Origin: Candidatus Thorarchaeota archaeon
Lineage (GTDB): Archaea; Asgardarchaeota; Thorarchaeia; Thorarchaeales; Thorarchaeaceae
Assembly: GCA_048882325.1 (NCBI GenBank)
Contig: JBHLRS010000016.1
Span: forward strand, 1 to 64,000
Direction: 5' to 3'
DNA length: 64,000 bases
Numbering within the stretch: the stretch's first letter is position 1; every line of letters begins with the position of its first letter. Below, piece after piece: positions 8,303 through 18,338 of this stretch. The notes under the pieces were generated by a model. It was given only the letters and a program-made list of their open reading frames with translations. It was not told the origin of the DNA and did not search any database. Both the position numbers and the translations under genes were made by a program.

Positions 8303-10870
8303 CTACTTTTCTCCTCGTTTCTTGGATAGAACGACAACGATGATCAAGACCACTACAACTACTCCTCCGATAATGGCAAGTAACGTCGGATCAATCGGGA
8401 ATCCAGGACCGCCAGCGAAGTTGTCTAGTTCGAATGGTCCATCTGAGTCATCTTGTCCAGTCAGAAAACCATCAGACGCAACAACTCGAACCTTGTATGT
8501 GGTTCCGTCATCATGCAGCGTTGTATTCCATTCGTACTGGAGGCTGTGAATGCCACCAGCTAGACTGCTCCAGTCAGAACCATTGTTGTCACTGATGAAG
8601 ACCTCAAAAGTCAGCTCATCACGGTTGGCGTCTGCTGCTGTCCATTCAATGAAGTGAGTACCATTGAGTAACTCTCCACCATTTGGAAAGACAACCTCCA
8701 CGATTGGTGCTCGGTTTTGTATGAACCAGAAGAATGCATTCGCAAAGAACACATCGTTATCAGAGTCATATAGGTTGATGTAGTTATCACCATCATAATC
8801 TCCCGTTGCTGGTAGATTATAGTCCGCAATAGCAACTACTCGACCCATACCAAATGTAGTGGCAGCGAAAACTGGAACACCATTTGCCAGACCACCGAGT
8901 GTCCAACTAGCAGTATCGTCAGTGTCAGTCGACAACAGAGCAGTTCCAGTCCCAACTGTGACAAAACCGTTGTTCAAGTCCAGCTCTATCCGCTCAACAC
9001 CGGTCATTATTGGATGATTTGCGATATTGTCGCCATCTAGTATTATGTACGTGGTTGCTGATATGTAGTCATCACTATCACTTATCGCTCCACCAGTGTT
9101 ATTATACTGAAGCCCAAATTCAGCTATGACTGGATTGACTTGCTCACAGTAGACGGTATTGTCAGCTAAAACAAACAAACCTCCTCCGCGACTGACGAAG
9201 TCTACGATCACTCCAATTTCAGAAATTGTGTAATTTTCAGATCCATCCGGAATGATGAGGACATCTGCTTGATCTACTAAATCTTCATAGAAGTCATTCA
9301 TCCACATGAGGTTGAAGCCATTGAAAGCCAGGAATGAGTTCATGAAATTGAAGCTAGACAATGATATAGCAGGAATCTTTGAGTTGTCAAAAAGAACAGT
9401 CTTCTCAACAAGTCCTGCTGCTGATAGCCAGCACATGATCCCAGTACCAAAATCAAGATTGCCCTTTTCACTGACATAAGGTGAATGTGCCCAGTCACCA
9501 TCTGAGATGGCAAAGACACGTCCAGCGCCATGATGTGAAGCTGCAGCAATTGTTAATCCTGCTGCTTCATCAGGTCCTAGTCCCCAGATTGCTGTCCCAT
9601 CGGAATCAGACCAAATGATAGGAGTAGCACCTGCTGGAATTTCCTCGAAGGCTGTACCTCCAAAGAGTTTGAAATCTGTAACCCCAAATGTTGTTGAGTG
9701 GTTTGCCAAATTATCAGCTCCGAAAGTTGGCTGATACGAATTTCCATCATTGTCATCAGTATCGGCGAAGTAATAACTACTGTAGTTTCTTGCATATCCA
9801 AATCGTTCCAGCAGCCCATCAGTGTTATTTCCGAAGTCCCAGTAGTCAGTCATCAATAATAATCCACCACCAGCTGCAACGTATTCATCCAGAAGATCGA
9901 TTTCATTAGTACTAAAAGGCAAAGGTCCCGTGGATGTGTTTGGAACTACGAAAACTTCACAAGTCTGAATTAAAGTAGCATCCCAAGAATCCATGGTAGC
10001 AATCGCAAATCCGTACTGAGTAAGTTCCAGACTAAACGTATCTAGTATACCATAGGGATTGGCCTGTTGATTGTGAGTGTAATCAAAAACTGCAAGTCGT
10101 GTAAGACGTACTGCATTCCCTAGGATCGTGACAGGATTTGGATCAATAGCATACAGATCGAATCCAAGCATGACTACATGACCTAATCCTAGGTATCGGT
10201 GTGCAACCACTGTCTGGCCGCTTGATGAAAAGACTGGATTCCCATCAGGGGTATCAAAGCTATATGTACCATCGGGCCCTGAATATGCTGAAACACCAAA
10301 GGCCAGGGGATCAAATGAGTCAGTGATAGTCACTGAAATACTTGTCCTGCTTGTAGTGTTGTAGGTCCTCATGAGGCTGGAACTGTTGAGGATTCTGGCA
10401 GTTTGACCATAACCTGGTACAGTTGGAGTATAGTAATCCATGCAGATCAACACACCTCCTTCATCAACCCAACCCGGTAGGAAGCTACTCCAAGCAGATG
10501 CAACAGTATCCATTTCTGCATAGGTTGCAAGTTCTTGTTCAACAATAAGTAGAACATCGTAATCTGCAATCATTCCATCAAGAGATGTGTAATCAGTAAG
10601 ATTATCAAATTCTAGTCTATAACCATACTCAGCTTGAAGCTCACCCATCGTATGATCATATTCTCCTCCACCCAAATTATCAGAATACTCGTTATATACA
10701 AGTATACTGATGGGTTCTCTGCGATTCGTGAAGTCATACTCAGCAGCTGGAATCGCAGCACCTGCTGACGTTGTGGTATTTCCAATTGGGGCATATGCTG
10801 CAATCCCCAAAGGTGCTGTCAAGAAAAGAATTGACAGAAGTACACACAACATTCTCTTGTTTCCATTCAT
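8303..10870 (-). CDS. Secreted membrane-anchored protein with three GATase-like (DUF4350/GIFT-like) domains and an Ig-like domain
   Basis: Signal peptide; three repeats of D.LII...V..GG.L....D and G.GRV; PNGGE Ig-like domain; C-terminal TM plus KKR; ATG at 10870 follows GAGGT. Confidence 0.75.
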   Translation of the reverse strand: MNGNKRMLCVLLSILFLTAPLGIAAYAPIGNTTTSAGAAIPAAEYDFTNRREPISILVYNEYSDNLGGGEYDHTMGELQAEYGYRLEFDNLTDYTSLDGMIADYDVLLIVEQELATYAEMDTVASAWSSFLPGWVDEGGVLICMDYYTPTVPGYGQTARILNSSSLMRTYNTTSRTSISVTITDSFDPLAFGVSAYSGPDGTYSFDTPDGNPVFSSSGQTVVAHRYLGLGHVVMLGFDLYAIDPNPVTILGNAVRLTRLAVFDYTHNQQANPYGILDTFSLELTQYGFAIATMDSWDATLIQTCEVFVVPNTSTGPLPFSTNEIDLLDEYVAAGGGLLLMTDYWDFGNNTDGLLERFGYARNYSSYYFADTDDNDGNSYQPTFGADNLANHSTTFGVTDFKLFGGTAFEEIPAGATPIIWSDSDGTAIWGLGPDEAAGLTIAAASHHGAGRVFAISDGDWAHSPYVSEKGNLDFGTGIMCWLSAAGLVEKTVLFDNSKIPAISLSSFNFMNSFLAFNGFNLMWMNDFYEDLVDQADVLIIPDGSENYTISEIGVIVDFVSRGGGLFVLADNTVYCEQVNPVIAEFGLQYNNTGGAISDSDDYISATTYIILDGDNIANHPIMTGVERIELDLNNGFVTVGTGTALLSTDTDDTASWTLGGLANGVPVFAATTFGMGRVVAIADYNLPATGDYDGDNYINLYDSDNDVFFANAFFWFIQNRAPIVEVVFPNGGELLNGTHFIEWTAADANRDELTFEVFISDNNGSDWSSLAGGIHSLQYEWNTTLHDDGTTYKVRVVASDGFLTGQDDSDGPFELDNFAGGPGFPIDPTLLAIIGGVVVVVLIIVVVLSKKRGEK

Positions 10871-10972
10871 GTTGTAAACCTCTAAACCTAACCCACTATG
10901 TAGAACTGTGTGGCGTGCCAAAAGCAACCAACATTCTCCCTAGTACGAGTTAGAGAGACGTAAACATGTAAT

Positions 10973-11007
10973 GTTATAAATTTGTCAAGTGAGCAGTTTT
11001 ACTAGAA
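10973..11007 (-). promoter_or_regulatory. Putative promoter of the 8303-10870 gene (repeat copy 2)
   Basis: TTTATAA on the minus strand about 105 nt upstream of the ATG; duplicated at 8205-8239. Confidence 0.55.
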
Positions 11008-11068
11008 AAGGAAAACGAATCATCCCACCAAAGAAAAAATCGATGAGATGACGATTTCTCTATAATAT

Positions 11069-11479
11069 CTATTTTCTGGGGACCACCAAAATTTGACCAA
11101 GCAGGTCGTCTTTCATCACAGAAGCCTTGATTCTAGACTGGAACATAGACATATCAGCTGTACGATCTTCAGATGACTTCGTGTATTCTTGGGACCCAAT
11201 ACATGAAAGATGTCCCATTCCATTAGTGCCATAGAAAGACTGAAAGACAACAGAATTTGCAGGAATCGGAATTGGTCGTATGGAAACAATATTTGTTTCT
11301 CCCTCCGCAAAAGCTACTTTCTCATTGGCAATTACTGGAACTAGCCTCACATTAGACCAGTCAAGTGCCATAGTTCGTTCCTCCAACCCATAGACAGCTG
11401 TTCGCATCCGATCCATTCCCATATTCACTAGGTCTTGATTACAGCTGATAACATAGATCTTATCCTTCATTCGATTCAC
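11069..11479 (-). CDS. DUF22-like archaeal protein
   Basis: GE...I.IRPI.IP.NS........G.L pattern, GD/DD-LLG C-terminus; beta-rich. Confidence 0.6.
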   Translation of the reverse strand: MNRMKDKIYVISCNQDLVNMGMDRMRTAVYGLEERTMALDWSNVRLVPVIANEKVAFAEGETNIVSIRPIPIPANSVVFQSFYGTNGMGHLSCIGSQEYTKSSEDRTADMSMFQSRIKASVMKDDLLGQILVVPRK

Positions 11480-11496
11480 TCCTTATCAAGTACAGT

Positions 11497-11796
11497 CTAT
11501 AACGAGATAATTTTGTCGTATTTCTCCATTAAGAGTTCAACCATCTCGGGGTATTCTACCTGATTTGCATCAACAAGAAGTCGTCCTCCAATTCCACGTT
11601 CTTCAACATGATGTTTTAGAGCATGAACTTTAATTGAAAGATCGTTAATTTGACTTGCTTGAGGACAACCTTTGTCAATCATGTATACACCATCTTGAAT
11701 TAGAAAGAGGTCAGTTTCGATGTCTTGAGATTTCAGTGCTTCAACCACTTCCCTAATGCTAGAGGTTACATTTGAGAGCCAAATTAGATACTTCAT
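11497..11796 (-). CDS. dsrH: Sulfur relay protein DsrH/TusB
   Basis: LFLIQDGVY and V.ERGI motifs, 99 aa, third gene of the EFH trio. Confidence 0.88.
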   Translation of the reverse strand: MKYLIWLSNVTSSIREVVEALKSQDIETDLFLIQDGVYMIDKGCPQASQINDLSIKVHALKHHVEERGIGGRLLVDANQVEYPEMVELLMEKYDKIISL

Positions 11797-11809
11797 TTTT
11801 CCTTCCTCC

Positions 11810-12169
11810 CTAGAATGTTATAATTACCTCATTATCCACGAATGCTTTCGCAACTTCATCTTCACCAAGAAGCTCAACATTATCGAAAATTTCATCATGT
11901 GAGATATTCCGCTCATTGAGTGACTTCATGCTTGCACAAATCCGACCATCGAAGCTCTCAAAGGTCGACTTGAACATACGAATGTGCATGATATCTTGGT
12001 CTTTCATTAGACTGTAAACTCCATCACCAATGAATAGTAGTTGAGGTTCGTGGTCCATTCCGAACATCCCAACAGCTGCACGCCAACCTTCTGCAGCATG
12101 AATCCTTCCGAATGGTTTGCTATGCACAAGAACCAGAACCGGTCTTTCTGTAAAATCCATTTTGAACAC
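11810..12169 (-). CDS. dsrF: Sulfur relay protein DsrF/TusC
   Basis: PFG..HAAEGWR, LFIGDGVY.L and SL.ER motifs. Confidence 0.85.
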   Translation of the reverse strand: MFKMDFTERPVLVLVHSKPFGRIHAAEGWRAAVGMFGMDHEPQLLFIGDGVYSLMKDQDIMHIRMFKSTFESFDGRICASMKSLNERNISHDEIFDNVELLGEDEVAKAFVDNEVIITF

Positions 12170-12171
12170 TC

Positions 12172-12537
12172 CTAAACTGAAAGTGTGACCATTCGGTCCA
12201 CTTCTCCGATTATCTCAGCAAATTCTGTCAATCCAGAAACCTCTACACCCGAAATGAAATCACTTCCAGTTTGGTCAAACCCTCGAGCTGAAGTACAGAG
12301 TCCACAAGCCTGGAACTCAACTCCTGCATCAGCTAGCTCCTGAAATTTGTCATTCATGGGTCTGTCAGGATCTGGGTCTTGATTCAATTTCGCATTGTTA
12401 ACACCATCAACGAAAAGAAACGCTTTGACACCATATCCCTTATCCAGCGCAGCCTTGCACATATCATAGAAAGTGTGACTATTCTGGAAAGTATATGGTG
12501 AAGTCATCAACAAGATTCCGAGTGTCTTCTTCTCCAT
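12172..12537 (-). CDS. dsrE: Sulfur relay protein DsrE/TusD
   Basis: SPY, FLFVDGV, ACGLC..ARG (persulfide Cys) and SGL.EF motifs. Confidence 0.9.
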   Translation of the reverse strand: MEKKTLGILLMTSPYTFQNSHTFYDMCKAALDKGYGVKAFLFVDGVNNAKLNQDPDPDRPMNDKFQELADAGVEFQACGLCTSARGFDQTGSDFISGVEVSGLTEFAEIIGEVDRMVTLSV

Positions 12538-12670
12538 ATGTCATCATCTCAAAGATAGGCTATTCGAGCCGAAGAACTCCCATTAAAAAAGCTAACTCAG
12601 TGACTATGGATTGAAATGAGTTTCACAAGAGATTTATTGAGGTGTTAAAGATGAACAGTGGGGTGTTCGA

Positions 12671-14482
12671 GTGGCTCAACGGAAAGCATTACAATTTGTT
12701 CTTACTAGTTTAGTTCTCATCCTCTTGTTGAGTCTTCCAATACCTCAAAATCTCGAGACAGAAGCATCCTATACTAAAGTAACGTCAAGACCTGCAAGGT
12801 CTGTACCAGTTCTCGCGAACTATACCGAACATGCACCCATCTTAATCGAGAGTAATTCAGACTTTGAAACACAAGGATGGCCAGGAAATGGGACTAGTGT
12901 TAATCCCTATGTGATTAAAGGGCTGAACATAACAAGCGATGAGGACTGCATTCAAATTCATTACACTAGCGGATTCTTCGTTATCCAAGATTGTTATCTT
13001 GGATCTGATTCTGGTTGGAATGATTGCATAAATCTGAGGTTCTCAGGAAATGCTGTTATCGCGAACTGTGTTCTTGACACTCAATTTAATGGTATATTCC
13101 TTTACGAAAGTGATAATGTAGAGATCAAGGACACAATTATAGCCTCTAGCAGAGGACCAGTTAGAGCAGTGGATTCCAGTGGTTTTCGAGTATACAATTG
13201 CACCTTTCCAGAGGTTGATTTGCGATCCTTTCCTCTTCGATTCACGTTGGATCACTGCAGCAATGCATTAGTTAACATGTCGGAGTTCAATGATGTCTAC
13301 ATCTCTACATCGGGATCCAGCTTCACAACAATTACGTCATGCAATTTTACGCATGGTGGTTTGCTCCTCTCTTGGGCCGCAACTTCTACCTTCGCGGAGT
13401 TTTCAGACAATTTCGTGAATAGAAAACCACTCTTGATGCTTGATGGAAATGATTCACTGGTGATTGAAGCTGACAACTACGGACAAATCATTCTGCTTGA
13501 TTGTTCAAACATCATAGTACAAAATGGGAATTTCACGGAAACTCGACCAGTGCAGCTAATGAACTGTTTTGGATGCACAATTGACAATATCACTGCGTGG
13601 GGTGGCGCTTCAGGCATCTACGACTATGATAGTAACTTCACAACTGTCCGAAATTGCAATTTCATTGGCGTGTTTGGGGGTGGAGTTTTCATGACATATT
13701 GTGACTTTCTCCTTGTGGAAAACTGTAACTCTACTCCCACAATCCTGTCTGGAATGCAACAAATGATTGTTCAGGGTTGTGCGAACTCAACAGTGACCCA
13801 ATGCAGAATACTGACTTCGAGAGCATTAGGTCTCCAGTTAACTGGAGACGACATGAGGCTTTCCAATTGCGAAATTGAAGGCGGTAGATATGGTATTGCC
13901 GTCTATGGTACGAACATCACCATCGATAATAACTACATACACAGTATGTCATCTGAAAATGTACATCCATTCTTCTCAACAGCAATTCAAGCAATCATTA
14001 GGAATTGCACGATTTCTAACAATCTAATTGAGAATGGCGATGACCGAGGCATATTTGCTATGGCAAATGCCTCCCTTTTTGTGAACAACACAATCAGGAA
14101 TAACGAGGGCATTGGTCTAGAACTCTCTAACACTAGTAACGGGAATGTTCTATACGATAACATCCTGACGCACAATCTTCTAGGAAATGCATTGGACAAT
14201 GGGTTTGACAATCAGTGGGATGATGGAATTTCAGTGGGAAACCTATGGAGTGATTTCAATCCAAATATCGAAGGTCAATATCATATTCCTGGAACTGCAG
14301 AAAGCATTGATCGTTTTCCACGAACTGACACTGAATATCCTCCAACAGGTTCAAACACATCGACTCCTGAACCAAGTCAATTCCCTGATTTGAGGCGGTG
14401 GTTACCAATCATCTTGGTTTCCAGTGGATTGGTTTTAATTGTGATAGTTATTGTTCTTCGAAAACGATTGGTGTCATCATGA
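12671..14482 (+). CDS. Membrane-anchored parallel beta-helix (NosD/CASH/PbH1) surface protein
   Basis: Signal peptide, GWPGNGT..NPYVI, repeated N.TI.N units, N.WDDG...GN.WSD, C-terminal TM. Confidence 0.85.
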   Translation: MAQRKALQFVLTSLVLILLLSLPIPQNLETEASYTKVTSRPARSVPVLANYTEHAPILIESNSDFETQGWPGNGTSVNPYVIKGLNITSDEDCIQIHYTSGFFVIQDCYLGSDSGWNDCINLRFSGNAVIANCVLDTQFNGIFLYESDNVEIKDTIIASSRGPVRAVDSSGFRVYNCTFPEVDLRSFPLRFTLDHCSNALVNMSEFNDVYISTSGSSFTTITSCNFTHGGLLLSWAATSTFAEFSDNFVNRKPLLMLDGNDSLVIEADNYGQIILLDCSNIIVQNGNFTETRPVQLMNCFGCTIDNITAWGGASGIYDYDSNFTTVRNCNFIGVFGGGVFMTYCDFLLVENCNSTPTILSGMQQMIVQGCANSTVTQCRILTSRALGLQLTGDDMRLSNCEIEGGRYGIAVYGTNITIDNNYIHSMSSENVHPFFSTAIQAIIRNCTISNNLIENGDDRGIFAMANASLFVNNTIRNNEGIGLELSNTSNGNVLYDNILTHNLLGNALDNGFDNQWDDGISVGNLWSDFNPNIEGQYHIPGTAESIDRFPRTDTEYPPTGSNTSTPEPSQFPDLRRWLPIILVSSGLVLIVIVIVLRKRLVSS

Positions 14483-14555
14483 ATCCTTCCGGTAGCCTTG
14501 AATAGGTGAATGTACATGCGGGTCTTTGCTGTCGAAATATGGAGGATAATCAAAG

Positions 14556-15626
14556 GTGGAAGATCCAATCATAGTCTATGTTGATAAGGAGGGTAAAGAA
14601 CGCGAGCTTGAGATAGACGAAGAAGAAACGAAATTGGATCTTTCTGGGAAAGGCGTCACATCAATCGACCTTGAAACAGTCATATCAATTCCTGACCTTA
14701 GAGAACTTGACCTCGGTAGGAATGCACTTCAGGAGATAGATCTATCACCATTAATCAAGGCAAAAGGACTTCAGAGGTTAAGTCTCTTCAAGAATCAATT
14801 CACGTTTCTCAATCTGAAACCCATTGCAAAGTTTGAATCATTGGAAGAACTCAATCTTGGCACCAACCAACTAGGTTCAATTGACTTGAAACCATTCTCT
14901 TTTATTCCATCTCTGAAAAGACTCAGACTTTTTAATAATGGTCTGAGCGAGCTTGACCTGAAACCACTTGCTGGATGTGAGAACCTCGAAACACTTGAGG
15001 TTGAGAACAATGAACTAAGTGCGATTGACTTAGCACCTCTATCAGGCTGTCATAATCTCTTACAGTTAAACCTGATGTACAACAAACTGACGGAAATCGA
15101 CCTAACTCCGCTCTCAGATTGTACTAATTTAAAATTCGTATACCTTCACCATAACCAGATTCAGTCAATCGACCTTGCACCTTTCAGCAATTGCACTGAT
15201 CTCAGAATCCTACGATTGGGAAGCAATCTAATCGAACAAATAGACCTCACTCCTCTGACATCATGCACAGAACTGAGAAGATTGGGACTTGCCATGAATG
15301 GTCTCCTTAGTTTAGATATTGATCCGTTGTCTGAGATGGAAAATTTGTCCAGTTTGGATATAGCTGGCAATCATCTGACAAAGCTAGACCTACAGCCGCT
15401 TGAGAACTGCGAGGAACTGACAGAGCTCTATTTGTTTAGTGATCATCCTGAAGAGAATGAATTCTCAAAGCTGGACATTTCACCACTATTCAATTGTGTT
15501 GAACTCGAAGATTTCGGTGTTAGTCATGATACTATCCTTCAAGCAAGCAAGAAATTACAAGATGAAGAGGACATTCCAATGGCTCTCGAAGAGCTTTTGG
15601 AGGATAATCGCATAGAATGGGTGTAA
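14556..15626 (+). CDS. Leucine-rich repeat protein (22-aa repeats)
   Basis: About 13 repeats of LxxLxLxxNxLxxIDLxPL. Confidence 0.92.
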   Translation: MEDPIIVYVDKEGKERELEIDEEETKLDLSGKGVTSIDLETVISIPDLRELDLGRNALQEIDLSPLIKAKGLQRLSLFKNQFTFLNLKPIAKFESLEELNLGTNQLGSIDLKPFSFIPSLKRLRLFNNGLSELDLKPLAGCENLETLEVENNELSAIDLAPLSGCHNLLQLNLMYNKLTEIDLTPLSDCTNLKFVYLHHNQIQSIDLAPFSNCTDLRILRLGSNLIEQIDLTPLTSCTELRRLGLAMNGLLSLDIDPLSEMENLSSLDIAGNHLTKLDLQPLENCEELTELYLFSDHPEENEFSKLDISPLFNCVELEDFGVSHDTILQASKKLQDEEDIPMALEELLEDNRIEWV

Positions 15627-15716
15627 ACGACCATTTCGCGCGCATGCATGGTAGATTTAAATGAAGGATTTTCTAAGAAATCATAGCATCGAAACGCAAG
15701 AGGCTGAGGACTTCCA

Positions 15717-15959
15717 ATGTCATCGAGGGAGCAAGAGATCGCTAAGATAGCGAAGATGTATACGAGATACCTTAATGGTCCACTCGGGAGAGGTGTCATG
15801 GACCATCTTAAGGAAGGGGAGAGTTTTACGATTCGTTCTCAGGAAGAGATGCTTGAGATTTTCAAAGAGAAAGGAAAAGCAGTCGTCAAGATTCTTGATA
15901 ATCCACAGCCAAATTCGACTAATAGTGCAGATAGCGTTTCACAGCACCACCACGGATAG
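15717..15959 (+). CDS. Small hypothetical protein
   Basis: ATG after GAGG; protein-like composition; fills the intergenic gap. Confidence 0.6.
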   Translation: MSSREQEIAKIAKMYTRYLNGPLGRGVMDHLKEGESFTIRSQEEMLEIFKEKGKAVVKILDNPQPNSTNSADSVSQHHHG

Positions 15960-16021
15960 GACCGCTAAATCAAAGCGAATATAACTGGTTGTTACAGCAA
16001 CATATTCAGGATGTGTCCTAA

Positions 16022-16669
16022 ATGGTAGTGGAAATGGATGATGCTACTAGAGAACAGGTCAGAGAACTTTTCACAGGCCTAGTAAATGAAGTGAAAATTC
16101 ATCTCTTCATAGAAGAAAAGGACTGTTTGTATTGTAATGATGTCAAGGACATGGTTGAACAGCTCGCTGACCTGACTGAAAAACTCAAGATTGTTGAGCA
16201 CAAAGGAGCACTCGATTCGGACCTAGCAAAAGAAATGAATGTCCAATATTACCCGGCAATCGTGCTTCATGGAAAGGAAAAGTACAAAGTGAAGTTCTAT
16301 GGCATACCAGCGGGACACGAGTTTGGAGCACTAGTGGGTTCTATCATTGATGTTTCAAGTGGCACTTCTCCATTACCTCCAGAAATCATCGAGGACATAG
16401 CTTCCATCGACAAACCTGTCGGCATCAAGGTCTTCGTCACACCTCAATGTCCTTACTGTCCTGATATGACTCGACTTGCTCATCAATCTGCAATCATCAA
16501 CCCACTAATCTCTTCAGAAATGATTGAGTCTCTTGAGTTTCAAGAATTGACTGCACAGTATGGTGTCTTTGGTGTACCCAAGACGATAATTAATGAAACA
16601 ACCACAATTGACGGGCTTCCACCTGTGGATATGTTTATCGAGAAATTGTTCGAAGCAATTGACAATTGA
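16022..16669 (+). CDS. Protein-disulfide oxidoreductase (PDO, AhpF-N-like)
   Basis: Two Trx folds with CLYC and CPYC; GIPAGHEF motif. Confidence 0.93.
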   Translation: MVVEMDDATREQVRELFTGLVNEVKIHLFIEEKDCLYCNDVKDMVEQLADLTEKLKIVEHKGALDSDLAKEMNVQYYPAIVLHGKEKYKVKFYGIPAGHEFGALVGSIIDVSSGTSPLPPEIIEDIASIDKPVGIKVFVTPQCPYCPDMTRLAHQSAIINPLISSEMIESLEFQELTAQYGVFGVPKTIINETTTIDGLPPVDMFIEKLFEAIDN

Positions 16670-16711
16670 CACATCCAAAACTCATTATAGAGTGAGTGCA
16701 TTCATTGGATT

Positions 16712-16996
16712 ATGGAAACCCATTCTTTTGTCATAATGCTACGACCAGCAAATGACTATGGTATTGAGGGCACTACAGAAATAGTGTCTGAGCACTTCGA
16801 GCATCTCCAGGATTTATTGAAAGATGGCATTCTTACTATGGCAGGTAGGTTCAGTGAGGTTCTCATAGGCTTGGTAATGATTGAGGCAAAATCAAGAGAA
16901 CATGCTCTAGAGATTATGAAGAGTGATCCTGCTGTCAAGAAAGGAATATTCCATGCTGAACTCTATCCATGGCGTATTGCGCTGAAAGCTGAGTAG
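16712..16996 (+). CDS. YciI family protein
   Basis: EHFEHL...GIL..AG and DPAV motifs. Confidence 0.8.
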   Translation: METHSFVIMLRPANDYGIEGTTEIVSEHFEHLQDLLKDGILTMAGRFSEVLIGLVMIEAKSREHALEIMKSDPAVKKGIFHAELYPWRIALKAE

Positions 16997-17001
16997 AGTG
17001 A

Positions 17002-17934
17002 TTATTTGGGACATGAGAATTGCCATTCATTCTCATTAACATACTTGTATGCTTGATAGGCAGCATGAACACCCTCTGCGACACCTGTGATAGCCTGCTT
17101 GAACTCGGTATCAACAACATCGCCTGCCGCATATACCCCTTCTATGTTCGTTCGAGATGAACGGTCTATCTTGATCTCTCCTTTCTCATTGAGTTCAACA
17201 CCCAACTTCTTTGCTATATCGGAGTAGGGAATACCTCCAATGGCTATGAAGATTCCATCTAATGGGAGTGTGTCAGAAGTATTGTATGGACTGTCCAGCT
17301 TGACACCCATGACTTTCTCAGTACCAAGTATCTCAGTCACGTTAGTTTCTGTAATGACTTCAATCTTCGAATCTCGCTCTACACGTCTTGCATTCACAGG
17401 TTCGGGGCGAATCTTTTTTCGTCTGTAAATAATGTAGACTTTAGGACAATATTTTGCCAGGAGAAGTGCTTCTTTGACTGCACTGTCGCTTCCGCCTACG
17501 ACTCCAACCACTTTGTCTTTGTAAAGTGGTGCATCACAAAGTGCGCAGTAACTTACTCCCTTGTTTTTTAGCTCGTCATGACCAGGAACCTCTAGTTCGC
17601 GTTCTTTCATTCCTGTAGCAAAGAGAATCGATTTCGCAAGAAAGGTCTTGTTCTCAGTTATGACATTGAAGTAGTTCTGATCCAACTTGATGATATCAGT
17701 CACAGTACCTGTCTCGATATGAACAGGATAGTCCATCGCGTGTTCCTTAATCTTGTCAGCGAGCTCTTGACCGGTGAGTTGAACAAAACCAGGATAATTA
17801 GCTACATCATCAGTGAGTGTGATAGTTCCTCCGTCTACATCTCCAATCACAGCAACGCTAAGGTCTAACCTTGCTGCATACATCGCAGCACCATAACCAG
17901 TTACGCCGGATCCAATTATCACTAGATCATACAT
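17002..17934 (-). CDS. trxB: Thioredoxin-disulfide reductase
   Basis: DLVIIGSG, GVSYCALCD, VGGSDSA, YRR and GVYAAGD motifs. Confidence 0.93.
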   Translation of the reverse strand: MYDLVIIGSGVTGYGAAMYAARLDLSVAVIGDVDGGTITLTDDVANYPGFVQLTGQELADKIKEHAMDYPVHIETGTVTDIIKLDQNYFNVITENKTFLAKSILFATGMKERELEVPGHDELKNKGVSYCALCDAPLYKDKVVGVVGGSDSAVKEALLLAKYCPKVYIIYRRKKIRPEPVNARRVERDSKIEVITETNVTEILGTEKVMGVKLDSPYNTSDTLPLDGIFIAIGGIPYSDIAKKLGVELNEKGEIKIDRSSRTNIEGVYAAGDVVDTEFKQAITGVAEGVHAAYQAYKYVNENEWQFSCPK

Positions 17935-17938
17935 CTTT

Positions 17939-18181
17939 TCACACTCCCAGTTTTCGTTTCAGTCTTCTCTCAGTTCTTCTGTCAAAACCAATGAAGAAAT
18001 CTCCATCAAGCTTTGTCACAGGGACTGCCATCTGACCAGTCAGCTCTCGAATTTCCTCAATGATGTTTGGAGTGTCAAAGATGCACCTCTCCTCGACAGC
18101 AACATTGATGCTTGCTAAAAACTCTTTCAAATTCTCTGAGTGTGGACATTTCGGCGCTGTGTAAACTATTGCTTTTGCCAT
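17939..18181 (-). CDS. Glutaredoxin/NrdH-like protein (CPHS)
   Basis: YT...CPHS, GQMAVPV and IGFD motifs. Confidence 0.85.
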   Translation of the reverse strand: MAKAIVYTAPKCPHSENLKEFLASINVAVEERCIFDTPNIIEEIRELTGQMAVPVTKLDGDFFIGFDRRTERRLKRKLGV

Positions 18182-18338
18182 GCTTGGGATACTTCCTGAA
18201 TTCAGATTAGACGCTGAACTGCTTGGTCATTTTACAGATATAAGTTATGAAGTGGTATATGCAAACAGCTGCCCTTTGAGAACACCCTTAAGTAGACATC
18301 AGTCATTTTGCTCCTAGGAATTCTGGAGTGTACCAGAT

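Noticed and set aside
14556-15626. 66-bp periodicity as a DNA repeat or DGR target
   Set aside because: Explained by 22-aa LRR coding; no near-identical TR/VR pair and no RT
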